From contig DTRM01000123.1 of assembly GCA_012965975.1 (NCBI GenBank), positions 1 to 50,013 of the forward strand: a stretch of 50,013 nt of DNA, written 5' to 3'. This DNA comes from Chromatiaceae bacterium. Lineage in GTDB: Bacteria; Pseudomonadota; Gammaproteobacteria; DTRM01. The position numbers and the translations under genes are program-made. This document shows, piece after piece, positions 38,174 through 50,013 of the stretch (the stretch's first letter is position 1; every line of letters begins with the position of its first letter). Below the pieces are notes generated by a model that saw nothing but the letters and a program-made list of their open reading frames with translations, did not search any database and was not told where the DNA came from.

Positions 38174-39469
38174 ATGACAGACGACTCTTATATCCTCAGC
38201 GACCCGAAAACCGGCACGCAGGTCGAGCTTCCGGTACACAGGGGTACGCTGGGTGCGCCGACGCTCGACATTTCGAATCTGTATCGCGATACCGGTATGT
38301 TCACCTACGATCCAGGCTTCGTTTCCACCGCAAGTTGCCATAGCTCAATCACCTATATTGATGGCGATGAGGGCGTGCTGCTCTATCGCGGTTACCCGAT
38401 CGAGCAACTGGCGGAACATTGCAGCTTCATCGAAGTGTCCTACCTGCTCCTGAACGGCGAGTTACCCAAACCTGAGCAACTTACCGCTTTCCGCAGCAAG
38501 ATCGTGCATCACACCATGGTGAACGAGCAAATGAAGTCGTTCTTCACCGCATTTCGTTACGACGCGCACCCGATGGCCATTATGGTCGGTGCGGTCGGTT
38601 CCCTATCGGCGTTTTACCATGACGCCCTGGACGTGCATGATCCAGAGCATCGCGAACTATCTGCTTATCGTTTAATTGCGAAGATTCCGACCATCGCCGC
38701 TGCCAGTTATAAACACAATATTGGCGAACCATTTGTGTATCCGAGGAATGATTTGGGTTATTGCGCCAATTTGTTGCGCATGATGTTTTCCGTGCCCGCC
38801 GAACCCTATGAGGCTAACGATGTTTCGGTACGTGCACTCAACTTGCTGTTCATCCTGCACGCCGATCACGAACAAAATGCCAGCACTTCAACCGTGCGCC
38901 TGTCGGCCAGCTCCGGAGCAAACCCCTATGCCTGTGTCGCCGCTGGCATTGCCTCGCTATGGGGTCCTGCACATGGCGGCGCCAATGAAGCCGTGCTATC
39001 CATGCTGTCAGAGATTGGTACCGTCGATAATATTGGGCCCTTTATCGACAAGGCCAAGGACAAGGACGATCCGTTTCGATTAATGGGATTTGGTCATCGC
39101 GTGTATAAAAACTATGACCCGCGCGCGGCACTGATACGCACGATCTGTCACGAGGTTCTTGACGGACTGGGTGATGATGCCGACCCACTGTTTGAGTTGG
39201 CACTCAAGCTTGAGGAAATCGCGCTGCAGGACGAATATTTTATCGAACGAAAGCTATACCCCAACGTCGACTTTTACTCCGGCATTATCTACAAGGCGCT
39301 GGGGATACCCAGCAGTATGTTCACGGTAATGTTTGCGATTGCGAGAACCACCGGCTGGGTCGCTCACTGGATGGAAATGATGGCGGATCCCGGCCAGCGT
39401 ATTGGCCGCCCACGTCAGTTGTACGATGGCTCAGCCCGGCGAGACTTCGTCGGTATGGACAAACGCTAG
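38174..39469 (+). CDS. gltA: citrate synthase (type II, hexameric Gram-negative type)
   Basis: [76 protein letters not shown] and IGRPRQLY are hallmark GltA motifs. The protein is 431 aa. Confidence 0.95.
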   Translation: MTDDSYILSDPKTGTQVELPVHRGTLGAPTLDISNLYRDTGMFTYDPGFVSTASCHSSITYIDGDEGVLLYRGYPIEQLAEHCSFIEVSYLLLNGELPKPEQLTAFRSKIVHHTMVNEQMKSFFTAFRYDAHPMAIMVGAVGSLSAFYHDALDVHDPEHRELSAYRLIAKIPTIAAASYKHNIGEPFVYPRNDLGYCANLLRMMFSVPAEPYEANDVSVRALNLLFILHADHEQNASTSTVRLSASSGANPYACVAAGIASLWGPAHGGANEAVLSMLSEIGTVDNIGPFIDKAKDKDDPFRLMGFGHRVYKNYDPRAALIRTICHEVLDGLGDDADPLFELALKLEEIALQDEYFIERKLYPNVDFYSGIIYKALGIPSSMFTVMFAIARTTGWVAHWMEMMADPGQRIGRPRQLYDGSARRDFVGMDKR

Positions 39470-39472
39470 GGC

Positions 39473-39539
39473 ACCTCTGAACAACGCAGAAGCTGCCTAT
39501 TTCAGATGTGAAATGCGCGTCCATGAATTGTTCAGAGGT
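39473..39539. terminator. long-range 12-bp perfect inverted repeat between convergent gltA and mrcA (possible bidirectional terminator)
   Basis: ACCTCTGAACAA (39473-39484) and TTGTTCAGAGGT (39528-39539) are separated by a 43 nt loop. The loop contains a smaller TTTCA-gatg-TGAAA hairpin. The element fills almost the whole 73-nt intergenic gap. Confidence 0.45.
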
Positions 39540-39542
39540 ACC

Positions 39543-42029
39543 CTAGAACAACTCCTCTTCCACGCTGCCCTCGTCGGCAGGACGGGTATGCGGCCCATTG
39601 CCGCCCGGCCCGGCACCCAAATACTCGGGCACCTGTTCGCGGCGAAAAATCTCAAACAGCGCATCGCTAAACTCGCCGCTAACGCGTAATCCCGTTTCAG
39701 GATCGATGCGCACCGACACCAGGCCCGGTGGTCGGTCTGCCTCATAATGCGGAACGTCTTTTAACGCCTCGCGCATGTAAGTCATCCACATCGGTAGCGC
39801 CGCCTTGCCTCCGGTTTCGCGCTCACCCAATGGCGCCGTCTGATCAAACCCCAGCCAGGCAATGGCCACCTGCGTAGATTGATAGCCACTAAACCACGCA
39901 TCGCGCTGGTCGTTGGTGGTGCCGGTTTTACCCGCCAGGTCTTTCCGCCCCAATTGCAATGCACGACGGCCGGTTCCGCGTTTAACCACATCTTGCAGTA
40001 GCGAATTCATAATAAAATTGTTTTCATGCGTCATCGCCCGGGGCGCCAGGCGCTCGATTGACAGCATTTCGTCTTCATCGTCATTGGGTACTTCATCGGA
40101 TTCCACCTGCGTCGGCGCTGGCTCTTCAGGTTCGGCTTGCCGCGCCATCGCCTGCTCACACAACACACAACCCAGCTTTGGCTGTGCCTGATAAATCACT
40201 TCACCGCGGCTATCTTCAACTCGATCGATAAAATGGGGGTCTATTCGAAATCCACCGTTCGCCAACGCAGCATAGCCTCGCGCAAGCTCAATCGGAGCCA
40301 CCGTCCCACTGCCCAGCGCCAACGATAAATTTCGTGGCAGCGATGCCGCATCAAAACCAAAGCCCTCGGCATAATCGAGAACCGATTTGACACCAATCTT
40401 TTTCAGCAGACGAATCGACACCAGATTACGCGACTTCATCAACGCCACTCGCAGTCGGGTCGGACCATAAAACTTGCCACTGTAGTTCTCCGGGCGCCAA
40501 GTATTTTCCAGGCTGGAGTCGGCAAACACGATAGGGGCATCGTTGATCAGGCTGGCTGCGGTGTACCCCTTGGATAGTGCCGTCGAATACACAAAGGGCT
40601 TAAACCCGGACCCGGGCTGACGCCGAGCCTGATAGATGCGATTAAACTTGCTGTGATAATAATCAAAGCCCCCCACCAGAGCGGAAACGGATCCGTCCTC
40701 CGGCCGCAACGCGACCAATGCCCCCTCGACCTGCGGTAACTGAGACAAATGCCAATCCGGTGACGACCGTTGCTCGACCCAAACCACGTCACCCGCTTGC
40801 ACAATCTCTGCTGCCGTCTCCACCGGCGGACCGAGCCGATCAACCGACTCGTAGACGCGCGCCCAAGCCAGACCATCCCAGTTGATAATCGCGGCGCCTG
40901 CCTTCTTTATGTATACCCGCGCGGTCTGGTCATCGGTTCCCAACACCAGTGCGGGATGCAAAGGTCCCACCGACGAATAGGCTTGCAACAGTGCGTCCAA
41001 TACTTCCGGGGCCAACTCGCTATCGACGTCGGCTGGTTCTGGTAACTCAATCCGGACTTCTACTCCGCGATAGCCATGGCGATATTCATAGGCCAGAACA
41101 CCCTGCTGAACGGCTTGGTTCGCCGCCTCCTGCAAACGCTTTTCTATCGTCGTATAGACCCGGTACCCTGCCGAGTAGGTTTCATTACCATAGCGCTCCA
41201 ACATCCATTTGCGCACCAGTTCAGCGACATAGGAGGCCTCAAGATCGAGCGTCGCGGAGTAGCGCCGCGCGGTCACCGGTGCGTGTCGCGCCTGCTCAAA
41301 TTCATCGATGGTTATCGCGCCGAGGTCATACATGCGTCGCAACACATAGGTACGCCGATCAACCGAGGCCTCGGGTCTGGCCAACGGATTATCGCGCGAA
41401 GGCGCCTTGGGTAAACCCGCAATGGTCGCGATTTGAGCCAGCGTCAATTCCGACGGCGCTACGCCGTAGTACACCCGCGATGCGGCACCCACCCCGTAGG
41501 CCCGATTGCCCAGATAAATCTTGTTCAGGTACAACGCAAGAATCTGGTTTTTGGTCAGTTCACGCTCAATTTTTAGCGCCAGAAATATCTCATTCACCTT
41601 GCGCAGATAGGTCTTTTCGCTGCTGAGGAAGAAATTTCTCGCCACCTGCATGGTAATGGTGCTGCCACCCTGGCTCTTGCGTCCGGTCTTGGCCAACGTC
41701 ACGACCGCGCGTAACAACCCCTGATAATCCACCCCGGGATGCTGATAAAAACGGTCATCCTCGGCCGCAATAAAGGCTTGCAGCATCCGTGCTGGTACAT
41801 CCTCCAATGCCACCGGGTGGCGGCGTTTCTCGCCAAATTCGGCCAACAACGCCCCGTCCCGGGTGTAAACCCGTAACGGCACCTGAAAACGGACATCGCT
41901 GAGACTCGCCACCGAGGGCAAATTGGGTTCGAGATACAGATAAATCACCGAAATAACGACACTGCCAGCAAGCGCACCGGTCAACAAGAGCAGTAGCAGG
42001 CGTCGCGCCCATTTAGTGACACAAGTCAT
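39543..42029 (-). CDS. mrcA: penicillin-binding protein 1A (bifunctional glycosyltransferase/transpeptidase)
   Basis: An N-terminal TM segment is followed by GT51 motifs (AFIAAEDDRFYQHPGVD, GGSTITMQVARN, KIERELTK.QILALYLN.IYLG) and the TP motifs SGFKPF and KTGTTND. The protein is 828 aa. Confidence 0.92.
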   Translation of the reverse strand: MTCVTKWARRLLLLLLTGALAGSVVISVIYLYLEPNLPSVASLSDVRFQVPLRVYTRDGALLAEFGEKRRHPVALEDVPARMLQAFIAAEDDRFYQHPGVDYQGLLRAVVTLAKTGRKSQGGSTITMQVARNFFLSSEKTYLRKVNEIFLALKIERELTKNQILALYLNKIYLGNRAYGVGAASRVYYGVAPSELTLAQIATIAGLPKAPSRDNPLARPEASVDRRTYVLRRMYDLGAITIDEFEQARHAPVTARRYSATLDLEASYVAELVRKWMLERYGNETYSAGYRVYTTIEKRLQEAANQAVQQGVLAYEYRHGYRGVEVRIELPEPADVDSELAPEVLDALLQAYSSVGPLHPALVLGTDDQTARVYIKKAGAAIINWDGLAWARVYESVDRLGPPVETAAEIVQAGDVVWVEQRSSPDWHLSQLPQVEGALVALRPEDGSVSALVGGFDYYHSKFNRIYQARRQPGSGFKPFVYSTALSKGYTAASLINDAPIVFADSSLENTWRPENYSGKFYGPTRLRVALMKSRNLVSIRLLKKIGVKSVLDYAEGFGFDAASLPRNLSLALGSGTVAPIELARGYAALANGGFRIDPHFIDRVEDSRGEVIYQAQPKLGCVLCEQAMARQAEPEEPAPTQVESDEVPNDDEDEMLSIERLAPRAMTHENNFIMNSLLQDVVKRGTGRRALQLGRKDLAGKTGTTNDQRDAWFSGYQSTQVAIAWLGFDQTAPLGERETGGKAALPMWMTYMREALKDVPHYEADRPPGLVSVRIDPETGLRVSGEFSDALFEIFRREQVPEYLGAGPGGNGPHTRPADEGSVEEELF

Positions 42030-42230
42030 AGAACGTAATGGAAAAACCCAGTTAAATGAAATTCATAGTCAAGATCACCGAGAAACCGTCGATAGCCATT
42101 ATATGCAGTCAATTGAAGCGCGTGTGCCTGTCAATATTCGGCCTCGCGATTCGCAGATAGCATCGACTCGGGTCGAGAGACTGATTCTATCAGATACCGG
42201 TGCCGATACGCGTTATCTGGTTTGTTGTAA

Positions 42231-43869
<1,639 letters not shown>

Positions 43870-43873
<4 letters not shown>

Positions 43874-44499
43874 ACATTGCTGAGTTACAAGGTCTCGATT
43901 TCAATGACGCTGGCTCCTGGCCCAACCCTGCCAAACTCGGCGCCATCGCTATACTCTGTTTCGCCTTGGTAGCGGCGGGTTTCTACTTCGATACCCAAGA
44001 CCAGATCGGTCTGCTCGAAGTTTCACAGAATAAAGAAACTGAACTCAAGAGCATATTCGAGGTAAAACAGGCCAAATCGGTCAATCTTGAGGCCTATCAG
44101 AACCAACTTGAGGAAATGCGCAAGTCATTTGGCGCCATGTTACGCCAACTGCCAAACCGCACCGAGGTCGCAGAACTGCTGGTTGATGTTTCCCAAACCG
44201 GGCTTAGCAGCGGACTGGAGTTCGAACTGTTTGAGCCTCAGGCGGAAGAGCCCAAGGAATTCTATGCCGAGCTACCGATCAAGATACGGGTGGTGGGCCA
44301 ATACCACGAGTTTGGCTCCTTCGTTAGCGGCCTGGCATCGCTGCCTCGCATCGTCACACTTCATGATCTGGAAATCAGCGTAAGACCTGACGAGAAAAAT
44401 AAAAAGGCGCCCTCCAGCCTGATGGTTATGGAAGCAACCGCCCGCACCTACCGTTATCTCGATGAAGAAGGCGAGCAGGAGATTGGCAATGATGGGTAA
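43870..44499 (+). CDS. pilO: type IV pilus assembly protein PilO
   Basis: LDFNDAGSWP......I.......GFYF is followed by the coiled-coil LEAYQNQLEEM and LPI.I.V.G.YH..G.F.SG.A.LPRIVTLHD. A GTG start follows the GAGGTGA SD and overlaps the pilN stop (GTGA). Confidence 0.85.
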
Positions 44500-44503
44500 C
44501 CCG

Positions 44504-45043
44504 ATGACACAGTTCACGCGGCGAATCATTTCATGCAGCAAAGTTTTGATTCTTGTCCCCCTATTAAGCGGTTGCGGTGGGGACGGTATGCAAGATCTGC
44601 GCGAGTATGTGACTTCCGTGAAGTCATTGAGGCAGGGACATGTTGAGCCACTACCGGAAATCAAGACCTATGAATCTTACTATTATGATGTAGCCGATTT
44701 ACGCGACCCCTTCCGCGCCGAAGAGAAATCTAAACCCGCAGAAATGGCTGCAACCGGCAGCCTGCATCCAGATGTCAACCGCCGGCGTGAGACGCTCGAG
44801 TCATTTTCGCTGGATTCACTACGCATGGTTGGTACCCTAAGTCAGGATGGAGAACACTGGGCCATCGTTGCGGCGAACGACAAAACCGTTCACCGTGTGG
44901 TGCTTGGCAACTACGCGGGCCTGAATCACGGCCGTATCACCCGCATTTCAGACAACAAGATCGAGCTGACCGAGATCATCGCTGATGGACTCGGAAGCTG
45001 GAACGAGCGACTCGTGTCCCTCGCTTTAAATGACGATAACTGA
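44504..45043 (+). CDS. pilP: type IV pilus lipoprotein PilP
   Basis: A lipobox (LVPLLSGC) is followed by LR.YV..VK........LPE.K.YE.Y.Y......DPF and LRMVGTL......WA.V......HRV..GNY.G.N.G.I..I. The ATGs at 44462, 44489 and 44492 are alternative starts. Confidence 0.8.
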   Translation: MTQFTRRIISCSKVLILVPLLSGCGGDGMQDLREYVTSVKSLRQGHVEPLPEIKTYESYYYDVADLRDPFRAEEKSKPAEMAATGSLHPDVNRRRETLESFSLDSLRMVGTLSQDGEHWAIVAANDKTVHRVVLGNYAGLNHGRITRISDNKIELTEIIADGLGSWNERLVSLALNDDN

Positions 45044-45056
45044 GAGAGAACCTGCA

Positions 45057-47234
45057 ATGAATGCATCCCGCCCTAGCCCATGCTGCGCTCACGTCGCCCC
45101 ACATAGCAGTGAGACCACCCTACATCTGGCGGGACAGCCACGGTTGATGTTGTTTCTGGGCGCGCTGCTTTTCTTCACTACCCAAATTGCCCAAGCCGCC
45201 AGCAATACCCTGACCGGCATTACCTCAACCGGATTGTCCGGAGATCGGGTGCAGGTATCGCTCACCTTCGAGCAGGACGCGTTGAAGCCACCCAGCTTCA
45301 TTATGGACAACCCCGCACGAATCGTTCTGGATCTGATGAACACGGGATCCAGTATGTCGCGCCGCAGTCAGAGTGTTAATGTCGGCCTGTTGCGCAGTGT
45401 TACCGCTATCGAGGCCGGCAACCGAACCCGCGTGGTGCTGAACATGGTCGATGTCGCGCCCTTTGAAACCCGCGTTGATGGCAACCAGGTCCATTTGATC
45501 CTTGGGGCATCCCATAGCACCGCGGTCGACACCAGCGACGGCCCGATGATCGTTGCTGCCAGCAGTCAGGAAGCGGGCGGCAACCAAGTGTCCGGTGTCG
45601 ATTTTCGTCGCGGTGCCGAAGGTCAGGCATTGGTCACCGTATCCCTGAATGACCCCTCGGTCACCGTCGATTTACGCACAGAGGGTCGCAAGGTCATTCT
45701 TGATATTCTCGACAGTTCCATCGCTGAGCGCCTGTCACGCCGACTCGATGTCACCGATTTCGCAACCCCCGTTACCCTGGTCGATACCTATAGTGACGGC
45801 AATAACGTGCGTGTCGCGGTCGAAACTACCGGCGACTTTGACCAACTGTCTTACCAGACCGATAACCTGTACGTACTGGAGTTCCGACCCGCTTCCAAGG
45901 AAGAGGTCGAACAGGCTCGGCGCGATCGTTTCCAGTACACCGGAGAGCGGTTGTCACTGAATTTTCAGGACATTGAGGTACGCGCCGTGCTGCAATTGTT
46001 GGCAGATTTCACCGACCTGAACATGGTTAGCAGTGACTCGGTAGCGGGCAACGTTACCTTGCGCCTTAACAATGTACCTTGGGATCAAGCGCTGGATCTG
46101 GTGCTGAAAACCAAAGGCCTGTCGAAACGACAAGTCGGTAACGTGATCCTGATCGCACCCACCGAGGAGGTTGCCACCCGTGAAAAGCTTGAGCTTGAAG
46201 CGCAGCAACAACTTCAGGAACTCGCCCAGTTGCACTCGGAATTTATCCAGATCAACTACGCCAAGGCCAGCGACATGGCGACGCTGCTGAAATCTGAAGA
46301 CAATCGGCTGTTATCCGAACGCGGCAACGTCACGGTCGACGAACGCACCAATACACTACTGGTGCAGGACACCGCCAAAAAACTCGAAGATATCCGCAAA
46401 CTCGTGGCTCGACTCGATATCCCGGTACGTCAGGTGTTGATTGAATCACGCATTGTTATCGCCAATAACGACTTTGCCAAGGATCTGGGTGTGCGTTTTG
46501 GACTGAGCGGCTTTCAGGAGCCCAATTCCGGCAGCTTCCTGATCGGCGGTGGCCTTAAGGGCAATCTGGATACCAACGGACTGGTCGACCGAACCTTTAT
46601 TGATATCCCGGCAGGTGACCCACTCACTGAGGCCCTGATCACGGATTTACCGGCGGCAAGTGCCGCTGGCTCAGTCAATCTGCTACTGGGCCGAGTCGGT
46701 ACCAACCTGCTACGTCTTGAGTTATCCGCCATGCAGGCAGAAGGCCGGGGTGAAGTCCTGTCCAGCCCGCGTCTGATTACCTCGGATCAGCACCCCGCCG
46801 AAATCAAGCAGGGTATCGAGATTCCCTTTGAAGAGGCCACCTCCAGTGGCGCCACCAGCATCTCCTTTAAGGAAGCCGTGTTATCACTGAAGGTCATTCC
46901 CCAGATCACCCCGGACGATCGCATTATTATGGAGTTGGAAGTCAGCAAGGACAGTATTGGCGAGATCATCCAGACCCGCTCGGGTTCTTCGGTTCCCAGT
47001 ATCGATACCCGCACCATTAGCACCAAAATCCTGGTTGAAAATGGCGACACCGTGGTTTTGGGTGGCATTTATGAAGAAACCAATAACTTTGTGGTCAAGA
47101 AAGTGCCATTTTTTGGAGACTTACCGATTATTGGCGGTGCCTTCCGCTCCAAGAGTGAAATTAGTGATGCGCGTGAATTGTTGATTTTCATCACCCCTAG
47201 AATTCTCAAAGAATCGCTTAGTCTAAATTACTAG
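45057..47234 (+). CDS. pilQ: type IV pilus secretin PilQ
   Basis: Two AMIN-like N-terminal repeats (RVQVSLTF..., ALVTVSL...) are followed by an N0/N1 region (LSLNFQDIEVRAVLQLLADFTDLNMV). The C-terminal secretin domain reads VLSSPRLITSDQHPAEIKQG.EIP, GGIY, VP.LGDLP..G.LF and ELLIFITPRI. ATG 45030 is the alternative start. Confidence 0.9.
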   Translation: MNASRPSPCCAHVAPHSSETTLHLAGQPRLMLFLGALLFFTTQIAQAASNTLTGITSTGLSGDRVQVSLTFEQDALKPPSFIMDNPARIVLDLMNTGSSMSRRSQSVNVGLLRSVTAIEAGNRTRVVLNMVDVAPFETRVDGNQVHLILGASHSTAVDTSDGPMIVAASSQEAGGNQVSGVDFRRGAEGQALVTVSLNDPSVTVDLRTEGRKVILDILDSSIAERLSRRLDVTDFATPVTLVDTYSDGNNVRVAVETTGDFDQLSYQTDNLYVLEFRPASKEEVEQARRDRFQYTGERLSLNFQDIEVRAVLQLLADFTDLNMVSSDSVAGNVTLRLNNVPWDQALDLVLKTKGLSKRQVGNVILIAPTEEVATREKLELEAQQQLQELAQLHSEFIQINYAKASDMATLLKSEDNRLLSERGNVTVDERTNTLLVQDTAKKLEDIRKLVARLDIPVRQVLIESRIVIANNDFAKDLGVRFGLSGFQEPNSGSFLIGGGLKGNLDTNGLVDRTFIDIPAGDPLTEALITDLPAASAAGSVNLLLGRVGTNLLRLELSAMQAEGRGEVLSSPRLITSDQHPAEIKQGIEIPFEEATSSGATSISFKEAVLSLKVIPQITPDDRIIMELEVSKDSIGEIIQTRSGSSVPSIDTRTISTKILVENGDTVVLGGIYEETNNFVVKKVPFFGDLPIIGGAFRSKSEISDARELLIFITPRILKESLSLNY

Positions 47235-47316
47235 ACGACCCCCCCACCGCAAAAAATCCTCGCCCGGGGCGGTTTAGGCTTGCCCTGTGGCCGTTTTTTT
47301 GGGGTATCATGGGGAG

Positions 47317-47856
47317 ATGGCGAAAAAACACGGCAATGTATTCCTGATCGGCCCCATGGGCGCCGGCAAAACCACGGTGGGCAAGGCACTGGCGAGTACC
47401 ATTGGCCTTGAATTTGTCGACAGTGACCGTGAAATCGAGCATCGTACGGGTGCCGACATCCCGCTAATATTCGATCTCGAAGGCGAAGAAGGCTTTCGCA
47501 AGCGTGAACGCGACATGATCGAAAACCTCAGTGAACGTACGGGTATCGTGCTCGCCACCGGCGGTGGTGCCATACTCGACCCGCAGAACCGGGCCCGGCT
47601 CGCCGGTCGCGGTACGGTGGTCTACCTCGAATGCTCAATTGAGCAGCAAATGGAACGTACCCGCCATGACCGCAACCGTCCCCTGCTGGATACCGACAAC
47701 CCGCGCGCGCGACTGGAAGAGTTAATGGCCGAACGTGAGCCACTGTATCGCGAACTTGCCGATCACACCGTGAGTTCGGGTGGCCGCAATTCACGTGCAG
47801 TAATCAAGGGTATCGTTTCCTATCTGGAAAGCATGCACGCCACCACCATCGAGTAA
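47317..47856 (+). CDS. aroK: shikimate kinase
   Basis: [19 protein letters not shown].......DSD.EIE.RTGA.I..IF...GE..FR..E and GGG match AroK. The start is at the ATG after the GGGGAG SD. Confidence 0.92.
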   Translation: MAKKHGNVFLIGPMGAGKTTVGKALASTIGLEFVDSDREIEHRTGADIPLIFDLEGEEGFRKRERDMIENLSERTGIVLATGGGAILDPQNRARLAGRGTVVYLECSIEQQMERTRHDRNRPLLDTDNPRARLEELMAEREPLYRELADHTVSSGGRNSRAVIKGIVSYLESMHATTIE

Positions 47857-48935
47857 TGAAAACCCTACACGTCGAGCTTGGCGACCGACGCTACCCGATC
47901 TACATAGGAGCCAGCCTGCTTGATCAGGCCGAGCTACTTACCTCGCACATTCATGGCCATCAGGTCATGCTGGTCAGTAATGAAACCGTAGCGCCTCTGT
48001 ATCTACAGCGCGTCATTGATAACCTGAAAGATTTTGAGGTTCATCAAGTTATATTGCCCGACGGCGAACAATACAAAACCCTCGACATCACTAATCGTAT
48101 TTTTACCGCCCTGCTTGAAACACGCTGTGATCGCAGCGTTACCGTCGTGGCACTGGGTGGCGGGGTAATCGGAGACATCACCGGATTCGCGGCCGCCTGT
48201 TATCAACGCGGTGTCGCATTCATCCAGATCCCCACCACGCTGCTGGCGCAGGTTGATTCATCGGTGGGCGGAAAAACCGGGGTTAACCACGCCCTTGGCA
48301 AGAACATGATTGGTGCGTTTTATCAGCCCCAGTGCGTGATCGCCGACACCGATACACTCAACACCCTGGATGATCGCCAATTGGCTGCAGGTATCGCTGA
48401 AGTTATTAAATACGGCCTTATCCGTGACAAGACTTTTTATGACTGGTTGCAGCGACACGTCGCTGACCTGTCGGCTCGCGATGGCGATGCGCTCAGCCAT
48501 GCGATCGAGGTGTCGTGCCAAAACAAGGCCGACGTGGTGGCCGCCGACGAACTGGAATCGGGCCAACGAGCGCTGCTTAACCTCGGACATACCTTCGGTC
48601 ATGCTATAGAAACGGGCACCGGATATGGCGTCTGGTTACACGGTGAAGCGGTCGGTGCCGGTATGGCCATGGCGGCCGACCTGTCCTTACGTGAGGGTTG
48701 GATCAGCATCGCCCAACAGACCGAAATCATTGAGTTAATCAAATCCGCCAAGCTCCCGGTTACGCCACCACTGGAGATGGATGCACAACGCTTTCATGAG
48801 CTTATGGCCGTCGACAAAAAAGTTCTTCGCGGTGTGTTGCGTCTGGTATTGTTAAAAGATATCGGCGAAGCCGTGGTAAGCTCTGACTTTGATCCCGACA
48901 ACCTTGATGCCACCCTGAGAGAGTATGGCCGATAG
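47856..48935 (+). CDS. aroB: 3-dehydroquinate synthase
   Basis: [65 protein letters not shown] and [10 protein letters not shown] are canonical AroB motifs. Confidence 0.95.
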   Translation: MKTLHVELGDRRYPIYIGASLLDQAELLTSHIHGHQVMLVSNETVAPLYLQRVIDNLKDFEVHQVILPDGEQYKTLDITNRIFTALLETRCDRSVTVVALGGGVIGDITGFAAACYQRGVAFIQIPTTLLAQVDSSVGGKTGVNHALGKNMIGAFYQPQCVIADTDTLNTLDDRQLAAGIAEVIKYGLIRDKTFYDWLQRHVADLSARDGDALSHAIEVSCQNKADVVAADELESGQRALLNLGHTFGHAIETGTGYGVWLHGEAVGAGMAMAADLSLREGWISIAQQTEIIELIKSAKLPVTPPLEMDAQRFHELMAVDKKVLRGVLRLVLLKDIGEAVVSSDFDPDNLDATLREYGR

Positions 48936-50013
48936 CGCTTTTTCTACCACCCCATCTGACCAAGCGGACCCGTTTGCCGCCGACTGTCCCACCGACGGCC
49001 TGTATCTCAACCAGAATCACCAGCAACGACTCAACCTGCTACTGCATTTGGTGCAGGCAACAGACCTCTTGCTGATCGTCGAAGGGCCGAACGGCGCTGG
49101 TAAAACAACACTGCTCAATAAACTCACCACCGAGGTCGGTGACTCTTGGGACTTTGTGCGCGTGCAGGCTGGGCCAGACGTCACTCCGATAAAACTGTTG
49201 TCCCTGCTGACACAGGGCTTTGGTGCAACACCGATCAGCGCCGGCGTCCACAATATGCAGGCCGCCATTCGCCAACGGCTGCAAACGCTCAACGACCACG
49301 ACAAGTTGCCGGTACTGGCCATAGACGACGTCGAAACTCTGCCGGAAGACACACTGGAAACTCTGCTCAAACTGCATGAACCTGTGCGCGTCGATGGCCT
49401 GCACAGTCGACTGATTCGACTGATCTTTTTCGCCACGCCCGCACTCCATCAACGCAACGCGTTTTCGTCGCATGAGCATCTGGAGCCGGATTCGATTCAT
49501 CGCATGGAACCCATCCGCTTGCAACAAAATGAAGTGGCCGAGTACCTGAAACTACGGTTGCTCGCGGCGGGAATCAACGAACTTCCCTTCACCGAAGCCG
49601 AAATTCAGGAGCTGTTCTGGCGCAGTGAGGGGCTGCCAGGCCAGATCAACGAACTTGCCCGCGCCAGCATCAATGGTGACCGCGCACCGTCATCGCAGCA
49701 CCGCACGTGGGTCGGTCTACCGCTGATGCTTGGCATCGGGGCAGTGGCGGCTATCCTCGCCAGCCTCTGGATTCTGCAGGGTGACCTTGACTCTGATGTC
49801 GTCTCCAGCGTCGGCCTGAACCCACCCCCACCTGTAATGGTCATTGCCACTGATCCCGCCGCGGTCACCGCCGTTGCGCCGATGCCGTCCGAGCCGCCGA
49901 GGGCCGCGATTAAACCCGAACCCGAGACGGAACCAGAGGCTCAGCCGATGCCAGAAGTCCGGCCTAGCCCCGTTACCCTGCTGGTAACGGATACCGCGCA
50001 GAAGGTAATGAAA
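48925..50013 (+). CDS. ExeA-like AAA ATPase domain protein with a TM segment and Pro/Glu-rich linker (DamX / SPOR-type protein, partial at window end)
   Basis: This ORF is not in the ORF track because it has no stop inside the window. The ATG overlaps the aroB end. MADSAF... is followed by Walker A ([13 protein letters not shown]), a Walker B-like LAIDDVE and the TM segment [27 protein letters not shown]...[11 protein letters not shown] linker follows. Its position after aroB matches damX-like genes. Confidence 0.7.
   Translation, partial: MADSAFSTTPSDQADPFAADCPTDGLYLNQNHQQRLNLLLHLVQATDLLLIVEGPNGAGKTTLLNKLTTEVGDSWDFVRVQAGPDVTPIKLLSLLTQGFGATPISAGVHNMQAAIRQRLQTLNDHDKLPVLAIDDVETLPEDTLETLLKLHEPVRVDGLHSRLIRLIFFATPALHQRNAFSSHEHLEPDSIHRMEPIRLQQNEVAEYLKLRLLAAGINELPFTEAEIQELFWRSEGLPGQINELARASINGDRAPSSQHRTWVGLPLMLGIGAVAAILASLWILQGDLDSDVVSSVGLNPPPPVMVIATDPAAVTAVAPMPSEPPRAAIKPEPETEPEAQPMPEVRPSPVTLLVTDTAQKVMK

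Noticed and set aside
47235-47316. An intrinsic terminator between pilQ and aroK (GC-rich CGCCCGGGGCG followed later by GGCCGTTTTTTT)
   Set aside because: The stems I can draw are only 4-5 bp and are not adjacent to the T-run in a convincing geometry. pilQ-aroK read-through is plausible, so I left it unannotated.

Overview
This 50 kb window looks like a chromosomal segment of a moderately GC-rich gammaproteobacterium, probably a halophilic or marine one. That placement is inferred from gene content and synteny. Nearly all of it is densely packed core housekeeping genes:
- thiD-thiE and hemL
- ubiX-mpl and rnd
- ubiC-ubiA
- rhlE
- recG-ridA-spoT-rpoZ-gmk
- yicC / rph-rdgB-hemW
- rpmE, mdh-gltA and mrcA
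- pilMNOPQ-aroK-aroB followed by a DamX-like gene

The clearest accessory block lies at about 26.3-31.4 kb, between gmk and yicC. It is visibly more AT-rich and carries a divergent DEVD-box RNA helicase. It also carries the two-enzyme glycine-to-glycine-betaine methylation pathway (GSMT, SDMT) and a BCCT osmolyte transporter.

I did not find a convincing new multi-gene system such as defence, a toxin, a RiPP cluster, CRISPR or a mobile element. I saw no tRNA, rRNA, IS element or integrase.

The observations most worth a second look are:
- Three otherwise conserved genes (transaldolase, yjbQ, pilM) each carry an internal out-of-frame deletion, and a PEP-CTERM tail remnant sits near the window start.
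- Three DnaA-box-like 9-mers (two direct, one inverted) lie in the 600 bp gap between hemW and a DUF3135 gene.
- The same gap holds a near-consensus sigma-54 promoter (TGGCGC-N5-TTGCA). The window also encodes an orphan PAS-type sigma-54 activator paired with an HDOD protein.
- A nested perfect palindrome lies between that activator and hemL.
- A HesB/IscA-type protein has an unusual Gly/Ser/Cys tail and sits next to an ATP-grasp ligase.
- hemW has no canonical start codon that preserves its conserved N-terminus.

All family assignments come from motifs read in the translations and from memory of those families. No database search was run.
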